Positions 34,730 to 49,519 of a DNA stretch of 64,000 nucleotides are shown here, piece after piece. Under the pieces are notes generated by a model that saw only the letters and a list, made by a program, of their open reading frames with translations, made no database searches and was not told the origin of the DNA. Within the stretch, counting starts at the first letter, position 1. Every line of letters begins with the position of its first letter. Source of the DNA: Lama guanicoe. Lineage: Eukaryota. The position numbers and the translations under genes were made by a program. The DNA lies in the NCBI GenBank assembly GCA_013239625.1, contig MU056000.1, positions 12,411,175 to 12,475,174 on the forward strand, read 5' to 3'.

Positions 34730-36137
34730 CTGTGATCTCTCCCTTTCCATTTCCAACTTTATTGAGCTGAGTCCTCTCCGTTTGTTTCTTGATGAACCTG
34801 ACCAAAGTTTCATCAATTTTGTTTATCATTTCAAAGAACCAGCCCCTAGTTCCATTGATCTTTTCTATTACTCCTTTAGTCTCCATTTCATCCATTTCTG
34901 CTCTGATCTCCATGAGTTCCCCGCTTCTACCAACTCCGGGTTCTGTTCATTCTTCTTTTCCCAGCTGGCCCAGGGGTAAGGTAAGGGTGTCCATTTGAGA
35001 CCCCTCCTGTTTCCTGAGGCAGGCCCTCATCACCACAGACACCCCTTAGAACTGCTTTTGCCGCATCCCAAAGGTTTTGGATTGTTGTGTTTTCGTTTTC
35101 ATCTGTCTCAAGTATTTTTTGATTTCCTCTTTGATTTCCTCTTTGATTTCTTCATGATCCACTAGTTGTTTAGTAGCATATTGTTCAGCCTCCACGTGTT
35201 AGCAGTTTTTTTTTTTCCCTTGTAGTTGATTTCTAACCTCATATGTGTCAGTTAAGGCCTGTGTTTCCTCACTGATTTTCTGTCTGGATGATCTGTCCAT
35301 TGATGTAAGGGGGGTGTTAAGGTCCCCCCCACATTATTGCGTTACTGTCAATTTCTCCTTTTATGTCTGTTAACAATTGCCTTTTATCTTGAGGTGCCCC
35401 TATGTTAGGTGCATATATATATATATTTATAATTGTCATATCATCTTCTTGGATTGATCCCTTGAGCATTATGTATTATCTTTGTCTCTTGTAACAGTCT
35501 TTATTTTAAAGTTGATGTTGTCTCATATAAGTATTGCTACTCCAGCTTTCTTTTGGTTTCTCTTTGCATGGAATATTTTCTTCCATCCCCTCACTTTCAA
35601 TCTGCTTGTGTCTCTAGCTCTGAAGTGGGTCTCTTGTAGATAGCATATATATGGGTGTTGTTTTTCTGTATCCATTCGGCCAGTCTATCTCTTTTGGTTG
35701 GAGTGTTTAATCCATTTTCATTTAAGGTAATTATCGATACATGTATTCTTATTGCCATTTTGTTAATTAATTTGGATTTGTTTTGTAGTTCTTTTTTTCT
35801 CTTTCTTATTTTTGTTCTCTTTTCTTGTGTTTTGATGACTAGAGAAGTTCTTTTAACATTTGTTGTAAAGCTGAATTGGTGATGCTGAATTCGTTTAGCT
35901 TTTGTTTATCTGTGAAGCTTTTGATTTCTCCATCAAATCTGAATGAGAACCTTGCTGGATAGAGTAATCTTGGTTGTAAGAAGTTTTTCCCTTTCATCAC
36001 TTTAAATATATCATGCCACTCCCTTCTGGCCTGTAGAGTTTCTGCTGAAGAATCCGCTGATAACCTTATGGGAGTTGCCTTGTATGTTATGTATATTATT
36101 TGTTGCTTTTCTCTTGCTGATTTTAGTATTTTCTCCA
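34730..36137 (-). mobile_element. L1 ORF1 C-terminus plus ORF2 N-terminal fragments, internally deleted
   Basis: ORF1 EKILKSAREKQ...PIRLSADSSAETLQARREW; ORF2 IRAEMDEMETKGVIEKINGTRGWFFEMINKID. Confidence 0.95.
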
Positions 36138-36431
36138 CTTACTCCTTGTACAACCTTGAGCAAGTCATTTGACTGCTTTGTGTTTCGTCCTCACCCATAC
36201 TAATAGAACCTGCTGTCTACGGTTGTTGGGAGGATTAAATGAGTTAATGTACAGTGTGACTAGGACATTGGCTGCCTACAGTCAACACTCCATAAATATT
36301 AGCTCTTACTAGTAGCAATTTGATGTAGGGTTATCTACAGCCAACATTCCTTGCTGAGACTACCAGGATTCTTACGTCCATGATGGCTTATATCAGGACA
36401 AGAAACTGTTGTCCATTTCAGGGCTCTCTGA

Positions 36432-36830
36432 AGCAATTCTCAGTGTGTGGTCCCTGGACCAGTAGAAACGGCATCACCTGGGAACTTATTAGAAATGTAA
36501 ATTCTCAGGGCCCATCTCAAGTTTACTGAATCAGAGACTCTGTGGATGGGGACTTGCCAATGGTGTGCTGATAAAAGTTTAACAACTGGCTCACCAGGGG
36601 AAGATATGCCTGAGAGTTTGCTGATTCCCATGATTTAAATTCTCCCACTATGACTGATTTCACGTTACCAAAGTGATGTCACAGAATGCATTGCTATTGA
36701 GTTGGAAAGAGATACAGGCAATCAGCTCTCTCGAGCTGATTGAGGAACCCACTCTGGCATGCTACTGGCCCAGAGAGCTGTGTTTCAGCAAGTTGTCTGG
36801 ATGATTCTGATGCACCTCGGAATTCGAGCA
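36432..36830. mobile_element. MER5A with a nested MER63-like element (~36557-36767)
   Basis: GTGTGGTCCCTGGACCAG...GAACTTATTAGAAATG; CAATGGTGTGCTGATAAAAGTTTAACAACTGGCTC...GCATGCTACTGG. Confidence 0.75.
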
Positions 36831-39800
36831 CTATCACGCAGAAGAGCTTAGTCATCTAGAGTTTGGGGGAGAAAGTGTGGCAGAGTGCCTGGGCTTTGCA
36901 GCAGAACAACTGCATGCAAATTCTACTCTGCCACTTCCTGACCTTAGGTAAATGCCTGGCATATACTTAAGTATAACTGCATATCAGTTGTTATTATTAT
37001 TACTCCAACTTCATTCCTGCTGCAGTCAACTCACACCTTCTCAAATGCTTAGAGGAGCTCTGAGGACTTTCTCTGCTGCCCAAGTCCCCTGGGACAAGTC
37101 AAGGATGAGCCCATTGCTGTGTTTTGCAGGTAGATAGGGAGAACTTTCCTGCCAGCTTTGTCATATTGTCTGTTGTGCCTCACCGTGATTATGCAAAGTG
37201 GAAAATGGTTATTACCCCAATTTACGTGACAATCATAAATATAGCCAACATCAGTGTGCTGATTTGCAGAGTATTGTTGTAACACCAGGTTGGGGGCTGT
37301 AGGTGAGCTGGAGGTTCATTTTTGTCCTTTGGAATCTGAAACTGCTCAGGTGGTGGTCTAGCAAATACTTTCTGATAATTCCAATTTCCACCGCATCCAA
37401 TAGCTGGGCTCTGGTGTACCCTCCCTCCTGTTCCTCCTTTGTCATCGTTTACCAGCCCAATCTTCACCTCCACTTCTTCCTTGTGAACAGAGCCCTGAAG
37501 CTGTTAAGAAACCAAGGGAAAATGTGCTTGGGGAAGGTGGGTTCCTCATGCATGAACTCTGGTTCCAGGGCTGCGCAAAAGAACTTTCTGTGAGAATGGA
37601 AGCCATCTGTATCTGCACTTCCCTTACAGAGACCACTGGCCTCAGGAGACTACTGAGTCCTTGAAACCTGGCTTGTGTGAGTGAGCACCTGAATTTATAA
37701 TTTTAATTCATCATAATTTAACTCTAACTTGCTTCATGTACCTAATGGCTACCATATCAGATTGTGCAAAGACTCCAAACCATGACGATCCCTGTTCTTT
37801 TTGACAGATATTGCCAGACATCGCCACGTGGCCCAATCCTGACTTACAGGCTCCAGTGCAAAGGGATGAGTATATCTAGGAAAGACTTTTCTCCTTGCTA
37901 AAGGAGAGAGATGCTCTAGGAAGCTCCTGTCATTCTCTTCCCCTGCCTTGTCCCCCTCCCACACTTTCCCCCCATCCTGTATCTTGTCATGGGCAATACG
38001 AAGCTGGTGCCTTGGGAACCCTCTTGTGACGAGGGGATGAATTTAATAAATAAAGATGATAAGAACTAACATTAATAGTGCCCATTACATGCCACACCCT
38101 GGCCAATCAGTTTATATATATTAACTAATTTAATGCTAGCAAGACCCCTGGGAGAGAGGTGTTAAGTTACCTCCAATTTTTCAGAGGAGAGAACTGAAGC
38201 TCAGAGAAGTTCACCTGGCAAAAGTCCCACAACCAAGAAGCTACCAAAGCTGGGACTTGAACCCAGGGACACTGATGGCAGAGCTGTGCCCTCCACTGCC
38301 CCACTATACTGCCTTTCTAGAACCAAGAGACCTGCTTACCCTTGGAACCATCCATTTCTAAACTTCTTCATATATGAGATAAATGCACATCCTTGGGTTT
38401 AAGCCACTTGATTTTTATTCTTTTTTATTCTCTTTTATTGAAGTGTAGTCAGTGTACAATGTTGTGTCAGCTTGTGGTGTACAAGGTTTAGGCCACTTTA
38501 GGTTGAATGTCCCCTGACTTGCAGCCTAAAGCATCCTAACTGGTACTGTATCTTTGAGTGGCTCTTCATCTGGAGTTCCTGACCATGCTTGTCCACTGAG
38601 TCACGCCTCCACCAAGGGCCGATTCACAGCGGACGTGGATTAGGTAACCACCCCGAACTGAGAGAGGAAGAACCCACCTGAGGCTTGGGAGCGCTGATGT
38701 CGAAATATCTAGATAGAGACACTCACAGGGAGATTCCACTCATGCCTGACCCTGGGCTGGTGTCACAGCAAAGCTCCGCTTCTCAGCACCCGCCGCTATC
38801 TCTGATTCTGATAAATGAAGTTTGTCCAAAAGTGATGAGGAAAAGAGAAACTCAGAGAGATAGGGAGACTTGAGACCTCCCCAAAAAAGGGCTGCAGTGT
38901 TTATTCTTAAAGTCTGTTCATTATGCTCTCATAGTGGAGTCAACGTCTGGGTTTCTCAGTCTCCCAAGCCCTATTTAGTGACTAAGAACCCAGGCTGACA
39001 AAGTTGCATTTCACTAGTGAGTGGGCTGTTTGTCTCTCTAGGCTGATGAAAATCTGGAAACGTATACATGTTCAATCCATTCAATCAGAGGTCAACATGG
39101 ACTTAAAGGGAGATTCTTGTCCATGGCAGTGTGTGACACATTGAGCTGGGACAGAGCAAGTTCCCATTTGCAGGTGTCACAGGAATCCCCTTGTGTCCCC
39201 AGAGCTGTCCTCTTCCCCTCCCTGCTGCTGGGTAGCCCTGCCTTCTCCCCCAGCCCTTCTCCCCACTCCCCCCTACCTTGGTTTTTCTTTTTTAATACAT
39301 CCCAGGATTAAGCAGAACCAGGGCTGCAGTGGCAGATGCATCAAGGAGCCGCGAGGAGGGAAGAGAAAATCTAAGTGGCCGAGAGTCCCTGGTCCCTCCC
39401 TCACCTCTCTGTTCATTTGTCCCTTTGCTCATTCAGCAGAGACTTGTCAAGCACCTACTACGAAAAGCACCAGAGAGACAATGGTGGAAAACCTCTTCTT
39501 GGGAATGAAAAAAAAGAAACTGCTGTAGGATCCTGCCAGTGGGGTTCTATTTCTTAATCTTATGTCAGTATTTGTTGGGTCCAAAGACCCAAAATAATCT
39601 TTATATCAAATCTCGGAGATAAATAGGTGGTTCTATTGTCCCATTTCACAAAGATGGAGGTCAAGTGACTTTCTCATGGGATGTGGGTAAGTGGCAGATG
39701 CAAGCCCCTTGAATCCACATCTTCCAACTCCTTTATTTTCTTCCAAGACACCTCACACCAGGACTGGCTTGGGCAGGGCCAGTCATGCAGGCGTCCACTG

Positions 39801-42800
39801 CTCTGAAGCAGACCCTCAGAAGTTCTCTCACCATCAGCCCCTCGTAGGGAAAGGAGGGGCCACCAGCAGCCTATGTGATCCCACTGGTTAATCTTTGAAG
39901 TAAAAAAATCTGGAGATCAAAAGAAGTATGTCGTTGAACCCAGTTCTTTGTCCTTGATCTGCTGGAAACCTTAATTTAATTAGCAATGTAAACTGGGTCA
40001 AGACTTCACTTTCCCAGCTGGCTTTAACGCATATCATTTCTTTTATTTCTGAGTGACTTGGAACAAATTAGGGGGAAAAATGTGAACTATCTCATGTAAG
40101 ACACGAACTATGCTGTACTTTGAGCTCATTAGTATCTTTCCGTAATACTGTCTGAGATTTGCACAATTTTCATGCTACTATGAGTAATAAGAATGGGAAA
40201 TAATTTGGACTAAATTATCTAGTTGTGTTCCAGAAAGGCAAACTTCCCAGACTCCTTGATATTTGAAATCATAGCCTTTTAGGAAGGAGGGTACTGGGAT
40301 TATGTTTCAAGAATCCAGTCCTTACAGAAACCTGTGACATAGGTATTCCTCTCTCTAGTTTACAGAAGAAATCAAGTGACATTTCCGCGGATACACAGCT
40401 TGGATGTGCGGAGCTATGGCTGGATGCGGGCAGGTGTGGAGCTCTGGTCCCTGTTCACAGCTCGCTGTGCATTTAGAGCTGCCTTTAGATCTTCAGAAAT
40501 CATCTGGTTCACTTCCTCCCCTAAAGGCAAAGCGGAAGAAATTAGGTCCTGAAACTTAAATCCCTGACAGGGTGCAAACCAAACCCAGGCCACTAACTCT
40601 CTGGAGGGTGGTCTTTCCTTTGGCACCTCCGCTGATGGACAGGAAAGCCACAAGTTGTCCCAAGTGGATACAGCCCTCTCCGGAGTCCACGAGGAAACTT
40701 CCATTCCAGGATGTCTGATGACGAGGAGCCTGCCAGAGCATTCACGGCCAAGAGAATGAGCCTTCCTATTTCTATTTGTGTAGCGTGTGCGTGCGTGTGT
40801 GCGTGTGTGTGTGTGTGTGTGTAAGCTCTGCATTCCACCCTCCTCTGTGGGACCACATTCCTTTTGGAGACATATCTGCCTTAAGCATTTTGTCCCAGGG
40901 AGGAATACATGTGGACGTGGAGATGCCTCTGGCCAAGACTTCAGACCCTGGTCTATTTCATGCCAAACCTATTGTTTGCATGCTACGTAGACATGGTCAG
41001 TATCTGAGGGCAGGCATGTGAGTTCACTGAATCCCACAATGGGAGCTTTCCAGTGACTCTGGAAATAATCAGCATGGCTAGATCCTGAGCTAGAATGGGT
41101 ACCTACTGCTCATAGTTTTCCTTCTCACTTTTACCTGCTAACAGAAAACAGAAGCGTGACCGTGTGACTGCTAGTACTGATGATATAAATTCTCTTTTGA
41201 AAAATAAGGCCACGCTCTTTAAAAAGTCAGAAAGACGGAAATGTTGACCATCTTGACTGTGGTGGTGATTTCATCAGTATATATATATATATCTATCAAA
41301 ATTCATCAAATTGTACATCTGAAATATGTGTAGTTTACTATACAGGAATCATACTGTATAATAAAATAAATCATACAAAAAAGGTATTTAAAAAAAGACA
41401 GAAAGAAGGAAGTCACAAGCTACCTTTGAAAAACTCTTCAATAAGCAGATCAACGTCTTGTCCCTACTCAAGACTAGGCTGACTCCCTTCAGAGCAGTCT
41501 CCATTGACTCACCGTAAAATGACCTCCTGTGGACTTTTTCAACAGTCTGAAACGTAAACTTGCATGACTTGGCTGGAATTTTCAGAAATCAAACGTTATT
41601 TGCACCCCCACTCCTTCCTACTCCCGCCCCAATCCTGCCACTACCAGCATTTCTTTAGCTGGGAAAGTTTTAAAGCTTCTTACTGGAATTTGCTGCATGT
41701 GGTTAAAATCCCTCACAAGTGAAATGTGAGCTTGGCATCAAGAATCAGTTTTATTTTAGAATCATATTCAGAATAGTAAGTGACATGAGATAAATTCCTT
41801 TTTAAGGAGGCTCCTAAATCTTCTAACATAACGATTTCCCTGAAATCTGCATGAAATTAACAATCTAGGAAGAGTTTGCAAAAACAGATTGTATGTAATT
41901 TGTGCTGAGAACTATTTCAATCTGGGTTCCAACGTGAGAGGAGATGTGGGAGTGCACTACAAACTGTGTGCAATATTTTGATGCGTTTTTGTTTCTCTTT
42001 CTTTCTGGTTTGTTTTTTGTTTTTTTTTTTGTTTCGTTTTGTTTTAGGAACATTCTCTACTGAACATAGTGGCCAAAATGAGCTGAAGATTGTTGAAGGT
42101 GAGGGATGGATATATAGGGCGTCATCATTATTTCCTCCACGCTGTTGTGCACATTTAAAACGTTCCTTACTTAAAGAAGAAAGGAAAAAGAGAAAGAAAA
42201 CGGGGGCCAAGAGAAATGATCATGGTCCTAGTATTGGGCTGTTCTCAGCTTGCGAGAGCCTTCAAGGAGAGCTAAACAGAAGCACGAACTCTATTTAGTT
42301 CTAACCTGTTTTTTAAGGAGACTTAAAAAAAAAGTTTCCCTGGAACTTGAAACACACTCAAAATGTGATTTCAACATGATCCAGCCCCAGGAGGGGTCAG
42401 AGATGGCAGGAGTACAAGACGGTCGAGAAAGCCTATGACGTACCGTCAGTGGCTGGCTGAGACGGTTTCCAAATAGAAACATGCCTGGAAGATTAGGAAA
42501 ATGGACTAAATCCAGTGAGGCCGAGATTGTCATGTGACCACTACATCTCGGGCTCTACCTGGGGGCGAGAAGAGAGGGCTTCAGTTTTAGGGTCTTAATT
42601 ATCATAATTACAGGGCTTGCTTTTTTTTTTTTTTTGCGTCACTCCTGGTCCCACGCCTTCCAGATGAGCAGAAGGTACAGCCACACTTTACGACAAATTG
42701 TTCTCTATTTCAGATTTTCCAGTGGAAAAAGGAATATATATTAGGCAGATTATTTTACCTTCCCTCTATCACGCCAGGGTAAGCTTCCTAGAGAAGCTAA

Positions 42801-44898
42801 TTCTCCTCCTGTGGGACTGGCAGCTCCCAGCCGTCAGCTGGCGAAGCAGAGTCCTTCCTTTTCCACCGCATCTGTGGCCCCAAAGATTCCCTTCCACGTG
42901 GGGCGGCACCCCGCTGACCATGTGCGCCAGTGCCCTGGGGGCTCAGACGACTGGAGACAACTGGACGCTGGCAGGGCTCCTGGACACTGGCAAGACCCAT
43001 CCTGCCTGCCAGTCTGTCATCTCCAGGGATCACCCAAGTGCTGGCCCCTCTGGTAATCTGTCTCCTTTGCTCCCTGCTGCTCTGTGGGTCTTTCCCGTGG
43101 ACTTCCGGCTCCTCTTCGGCTCCTGTGCCAACTCTTCCCACTGTGCTGCCAGGGTCCTTGTTACAAGGTGGATAATTTCTCCTGCATCCTCAGAGTCGTC
43201 AAAGGATGTTAACCTTAACTGAAATCTGGCTTTATTCCACTTTTCCACATTCCATCATCTCAGCTGGGGATCCAGTGTTACGCCAATGCCCCCGATCACT
43301 TGCAATCCATTATTCTTCCTGCTTTTTTGGAAAATATCCCCTGTCTCTTGAGTCCTTGACATTGTGTGACCCTTCTCCCTTTCCTCCTTGCTGTCCCCTT
43401 TGGGATCTCCTGGTGACTGCTCCCACCCATCTCCCAAATTCGATGAAGATGTGACTGAGTGTGTGTGTGTACCTATATAGTGTCAAGACCCTAGGTGTAA
43501 CATCTGCTGACTTGGACTCTAATTTCCGCTTTTGTATGACTTTGGCCAAGTGACTGAAGGTGTTGAGCTCTTCTATAAAATGGAGATAACAGTACCTCCC
43601 ATAGCACAGGGTGTCCTGAGGGTGAAGTGAAATTTACGCAAGGTGATGGGCACATTTCTGGCATACCTCAATGCTCTTGTGAACTATTCTCCTATTGGCT
43701 GCTGCTTGCTTTCCCAAATCCCACCATCACCTGGGGAAGCATCAGTGTTCTTCGCAACTACACAAGCCTTCCCCTCCAGGCCGTCTTTAACTCGGGGCAG
43801 GCGTCTATGCCACACGCCTATCCCACTTTCTAACGACAATGCCCTGTCCTCTTCACTGCCAAAGCCACTGCCTTCTTCCCCATCATGTCCTTGGCTTTCT
43901 GTGTCACTAGCTTGAACCTTTCAGCCTTGGTCAGATGGTTACTTTCCCTGCAACCTGCGCAGGCTGTGATGTGGATGTGTTTCATCTTGTATGAATGTGG
44001 TGTTTGTTCTATGGTTGTATTTGCATAATTCCTCCATTATAAGAATCAACTGGGAGCTAAACCACTCTACGTGAAGATGCTCACCCTCTCCTCTGGAGAT
44101 GAGGCCTCAGGCCAGGAATGGCCTTGACCCCAGGGGATGAGTCGTCTAGGACACTGGCCTGGCAGGAAGGAGCGAGGGCACTTTTCACATGAGAATGACT
44201 CAGCAGCTGAGACACAAGGAGGAGGAGGAGGAGGTGAGCCCCATCTGAAGTCAGTGGATGAGCCCAGGTGAGGGAAGGGACAGGACCTCTGAGCCCTGGG
44301 ACAAACCCGGCTGTGTTTCTGTGCTTCCATGACTGTCTTTGACTTCTCTTGAATTTTTCTTTGGTACTTTTGGAAATTCCAGTCTGTCTCAGTCCTGTGG
44401 AGTCACAGCAAGGATAAGGGTTCTGTGCTAGTGTGGGCCAGACCTGTAAGATGCCACTCCTCTTTGGGAGGCAGAATGGGGTGGCTGAGGGCTTACTAAG
44501 GCATCCTGAAGCACCTTGGCTCACAGAGCCAGCAAGCCAACGACCTTCCTGTCCCAGGGACGTGTGGAGCCAGGAAGGATGGGGAGAAGGTTTAGCTCCT
44601 CCTGCGCTTGTTCTTTCCCGTTATTCCGGGAGGTGGAGTGGCCCCCTTCTCAGGATGGAACGGGGAGGAAGGGAGAAGAAACGCTGGTGGATACTGGGAA
44701 ATTAGAACATGACAATTTACTTGTACCTTATGGCTTGAGGTTTTATGAATTCCCACAGCATCAGACATTTCTATCCAAAATACAGAAAACGTACCCAAAA
44801 GACAACTCTTGAGTGATTTTGGAGGCTTTATCCACTCTCCTCTTATAGGTGGATAATGAAGAATAAAAAAATGACTGTACTATATGGAAAAGAGACCG

Positions 44899-45224
44899 CA
44901 GTAGCCTCCCCTCGCCCCTCATCCACAGGGATATGTTCCAAGACCCCCAGGGGATGCCTGAAACCGCAGATGGCAATACGCTCTGTGTATAGTCTGTTTT
45001 TTCCTATCTAACGGGCAGCTACCTTGGACAACGGGATGATTCATGTCCCTTGCAGGACTGAGTGGGACAGCGTGAGATTTCATCATGCTGTTCAGAATGG
45101 TGCATAATTTAAGATTTATGAATTGCTTATTTCTGGAATTTTCCTTTTGGTATTTTTGGACCTCAGTTGACCATGAGTAACTGAAACCACGGAAAGTGAA
45201 ACCTTGGATTAGGGGAAACTACCG
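44899..45224. mobile_element. MER44/Tigger7-like DNA transposon
   Basis: TIRs CAGTAGCCTCCCC... / ...GGGGAAACTACCG. Confidence 0.85.
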
Positions 45225-45736
45225 TATACAGGGAGTTGGGAGATCCATCTCTCAAACCCTGTTCATTCACTGAAACATTATGTGATTTAGGACCCAATGC
45301 TTAACTTGGCTCTGTGTTTCCAGAGCTTTAAAATAACTGCTCATTAAAAAGAAAAACCCTCCTCCTTTAAGATGTCATGAAGAATAAGGGGACATTTATG
45401 GCAAATACTTTGAGCAACTCAAAGGAGCAAAGTGCTTTAAAAATGCCATCTGGTCTGTGAAATTTTTAGGTATTTGAAGAGAACTATAAAATGTACCAGG
45501 AAAAAAAAATAGACACATCCTTGGAAAGCACTGAGAGTTGTACATCTAAAGAGGAATAAAAATAATGCTTTATATTTAATTAAAATGTGGAATACTGAGG
45601 TTGGGTAGACAGGGGGAAAAGAAGAGAAAGGGAGAAAGCACAGGAAAAATTCTCTAAATCCTTCTCCTTAGGCAGTTAACTCTTTCTCCATTGCCGTTCC
45701 CAGAACCCCATCCTATTGTTGCTGAGTTTGGTCATA

Positions 45737-46206
45737 AGTAATCAGTTTCCCAGGGATGCAGTAACAAAGCGCCACCAACAAGGTGGCTGAAAACAACAGA
45801 CGTTGATTTTCTTACCATGCTGGATGTGGGAATCTGGGACCCAGGTGTGGACAGGGCTGGTTTCTTCCACAGGCTTTGAGGGAGGGTCCGGTCCATCCTT
45901 CTCTCCCAGCCACTGAGAGCTGTCGGCAGTCCTCAATGTCCTTGACTGTGGGTGTATCATCGCCCCGCTTTGCGTCTTAGATCATGTAACATTCTCTCTG
46001 CGTGTCTCTGTGTGAAATCTGCTCTTCTCACAAGGACAACAGTCATACTAGTTTAGGGTGCAAACGAATGACTTCATGTTAATTTGATGACATTGGCAAG
46101 GAACTTCTTTCCAAATAAAGTCATATTCACATGTATTGGGAGGCTAGGATGTCAATATATATATATATATATATATTTGAGATGGGGGGATAATTCAACC
46201 TACAAC
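45737..46206 (-). mobile_element. MLT1B/C-like MaLR LTR
   Basis: GCAGTAACAAAGCGCCACCAACAAGGTGGCTGAAAACAACAG...TTCCAAATAAAGTCATATTC. Confidence 0.85.
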
Positions 46207-47143
46207 ACTGACCAAGTTAAAAATAGATCTTTCCTTTGCCCAGGTGATGAGGCACTGGTCGCTTCTGAGTGTGGGTAAGGCGTCTCAGGGTGCCTCACGG
46301 GGCGGGCAGGAAGCCCAGGGTCCGAGCTGTAGCCCAGGAACCTGAACTGCGCCGTACGAGTCTGTGCAGTGTCTCCGCTGTAGCTTCTTTCCTGGGCTCC
46401 ATCCTGCCCTCCCCCTGGCCTGAATGGTTCTTCAACTCTCAGTCCAAGGAAGTTATGTTTAGTTTAACAAATAAATCAAATGTTTTCTAAAAAAGGAGTT
46501 AGTTAAATGCAAGTCGAATGTTTTTCGAAAAATGGGTCAGAACACGTGTTCCTGGTCTCTTGCATTCTATTTTCCTTGGATCCATTTGCTGCAGCCCCAA
46601 AGAAGCCATTCTTGACCTTCTGTGGGTGGCAAAGGACCTCATCTCGGTCGGCATTATGCCCTCGCCCAGCTGGAGTCAGCTGGTGATCTCAGATGCGTTA
46701 TGAAATTAAATGCCTTCTACTCCTGAATCTTATTTTAAGGCTCCTCCGAGTCCCCTAAATTTTCTTGTCGACGACTATCAGCAGGGGTGCCGGGGCTGGG
46801 GGAGAGGAGTGGGGAGGCGGGAGGATGTTTTCAGCAGAGCAGCGCACGTGCAGTGTGACAATTACAAGACCCGCCTGTTACCTCTGCCCTGACCCTCTGG
46901 GTTCACATTCCCCTGAAGGGTCATGTACATTAACCTTAGCACAAGGCCAATTCTGGATGCCAAGAGTCAGCTACTTTGTAGCTTCTGCTGCCAGAAAAAT
47001 TTTTTTTTTCTTCAACAAAAATGTGAAAATGATGGCCTCTCATTTTGTGAAGATAATTCACTTTTGACAGTATTAACGCAATGGCTCGGGTTGGTCCAAG
47101 TTGATGAGAGCTTTGGAGTTCATTTCTGTCTGCTTTGACTGCA

Positions 47144-47157
47144 CTGCCCCCTAGTGG
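47144..47157 (-). promoter_or_regulatory. CTCF core motif CCACTAGGGGGCAG
   Basis: Exact match to the CTCF core consensus in non-repeat DNA. Confidence 0.75.
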
Positions 47158-49519
47158 CTACTTTTATAACCAGGTTCTCACGGTTGACCACTAGGAATGC
47201 ATTTTGAACAAACTTGTTCTCTAAAGTGGGTTTGTGTTTTGTTTCTTTTTTCTTCTCTTACTAAAGTTCAGTTCAATACATGACCAGATCGTGGATATGT
47301 GTAATCCTCTAGTTGTTCACATGAAATTCTCTACAAGTCCCCTCTTCCTAGTTCAGGAAAGAGGGCAGAGGCGGGAGAGGGGAGGTGTAAGGAAACAGGC
47401 ACCAAAGGAAATGACCATAAGGTCTTCTGACCTGTGGCTGGTACATGATATATGGATCTAGAGAAGTAAAATGCTGAAAAAAAACGGCTATACTGGGGCT
47501 TTAAAACTGAGATTATCATGGCTAAACAATTTTAAAAGCAGGATAAAGATATGAATCCGTTTAGCCAGAGTCTAACCTCTGTTTTTGCCAGAGGGCTTGT
47601 GACAAAGTGCATGGCGAGGAAACAGCAGGTCCCCAGATAAAGGTGACTTTCTTGCTGCTTTGCTTAAAGATGTTCTGCCTGTGACTTTATCCCCATTTAC
47701 TCAGCTAAGACTCGGATCTGCGGCTGCCCTGCGTACTCCCTCTCCTTCTGGTCCGTAATTGGGGTGGAGGTGAAGGCGCTGGCTTCACTTCCTTGATCTG
47801 TAGCTTCCAGGAGACAGCCTGGCAGAAAAATCAAAGGATTCAAGTAAGGATTGTCCCATACAGGAAACAGATTTGGGGAGTTCTCAAGGCTTGTGTAAAG
47901 TAATTGTAAAGGTATCACAGAGATGCCCAGACGTTGAGATTTTACAAACAAGCCAAATAGGAAAGAAAGTTGTACATGGGAGATTAAAAAAAGATGGCTA
48001 ATTAAAAAAATCATTCCCCAGCCAAAGTCATTAAAAGTGAGAATTAAACAGCTACTATCAACATTAGTTTATAAAAGAAATGACAGTTTAATTTAATACA
48101 AAAGATAAGACTTTATAGATTATAGAAGGAGGTTTCTTCCAGGGGAAGATGTGTTTTTTGTATGTTACATCTGTGTGTATGTGTATTACATATTTCAGGG
48201 CAGCATGGTTACTAACGCTCTGTCGGACTGTCATTAAAATCAGAAAACTTAAATGCTGGTGCTGGTCATACCTTTTCTTTAGACTTTCTCATTCTTGAAA
48301 TATACTGTTTGTTTAAAGCATGCATACAAATTTATGTATTGAAATATATTTGTAAAAATCCAAGATGTTTCCAATTTGTAATATTTCCTTGGAATACTCA
48401 TACTTAGGTCTCTTGAAATGAATTGAGTCTCTTAGTTCTCCATGTGAAGCAAAAGAAACAAAAAAAAGGTTATCTGTAATGTTGTGATTTGTACATAAGT
48501 TTTTTAAGGAGGGCATTTGCATTATAAATTTTTTCATTTATAAATACATAAGGGAAGCAAAGGTTTGTGTCCTGTCCTTCACTGGTTTGCTCTTAAAAAG
48601 ACTAATAAATGTGTGTCTGTGGACTGGCTTTTGGGGATGGGGTGGGAACTTTGCCCCGAATTCTGAGACTCTCTGGCATGATTTGGAGAACACCTCCATT
48701 ATGCGATTTCTTTGAAATTAGAATTCAGGACCCATTTTCAGGGCCAAAGCATCCCTGAACATGGCACTCTTACCTGTAGGAATGCTCACTCTCAAAAAGG
48801 AAATTCACAGATTTACATCAGTTTAGAGCCAAATGGACCTAAAATCACATAGCTTAACTTCCCCATATTACACAGTCACTAATTCACCTAAAAGAGGCTA
48901 AAGACAAGCAGAAATTCGCCAAAATACTCTCTGGAGAGGCGGGCCCTACCCCATACGCTGCACCCCGCCTGACACTGCAGCCTTGACCACCGCCCACCTC
49001 CAGACGGCGGGTGCCTGGGCTGGGGTCTTCTGACACTTACTTTCATCCCTCACCCCCACCCCCTGAGATGTATGTCCTTTACCTACTAGTACCTGTGAGC
49101 TGAAGAAAAGCCAACATCAGAGGCTTTCCTGGCAGCCGTTGCTTGCTGGGCTTGGATCTGTTATTTTATATGCCAAGCTTTCTCTTATCCATGCTTAATC
49201 TTCTTGTTCTTTCTTTAAAGCCATCATTTTACAAATATCTAATTGTAATTTTTTTTCCAAACTTAGTTTCCTTTTCCCATGTATTGTTCTGGATGGTCTA
49301 CAGTATCCTAGCGTCCAGTGGCCAGTGAACACCTGCACCATTGATGCGTTTTCCTATTCTGTGCAATTTGAGAATCTGGGCACTGTGTACTCTTACATTT
49401 TTGTTGGCTGTGTATCTTCCCGTTCGCCTTGTCTTATGTTCCCAAGCTTTGAATTAGTTGTGTATTGCAACTATTTAACTCAATTTGTTGGTTTTGATGA
49501 TATCTCAGTTAAGTGATTC

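Noticed and set aside
42698-43222. 174-aa ORF and overlapping ORFs
   Set aside because: Non-ATG start, GC-rich tract open in several frames, no recognisable domain or exon chain.
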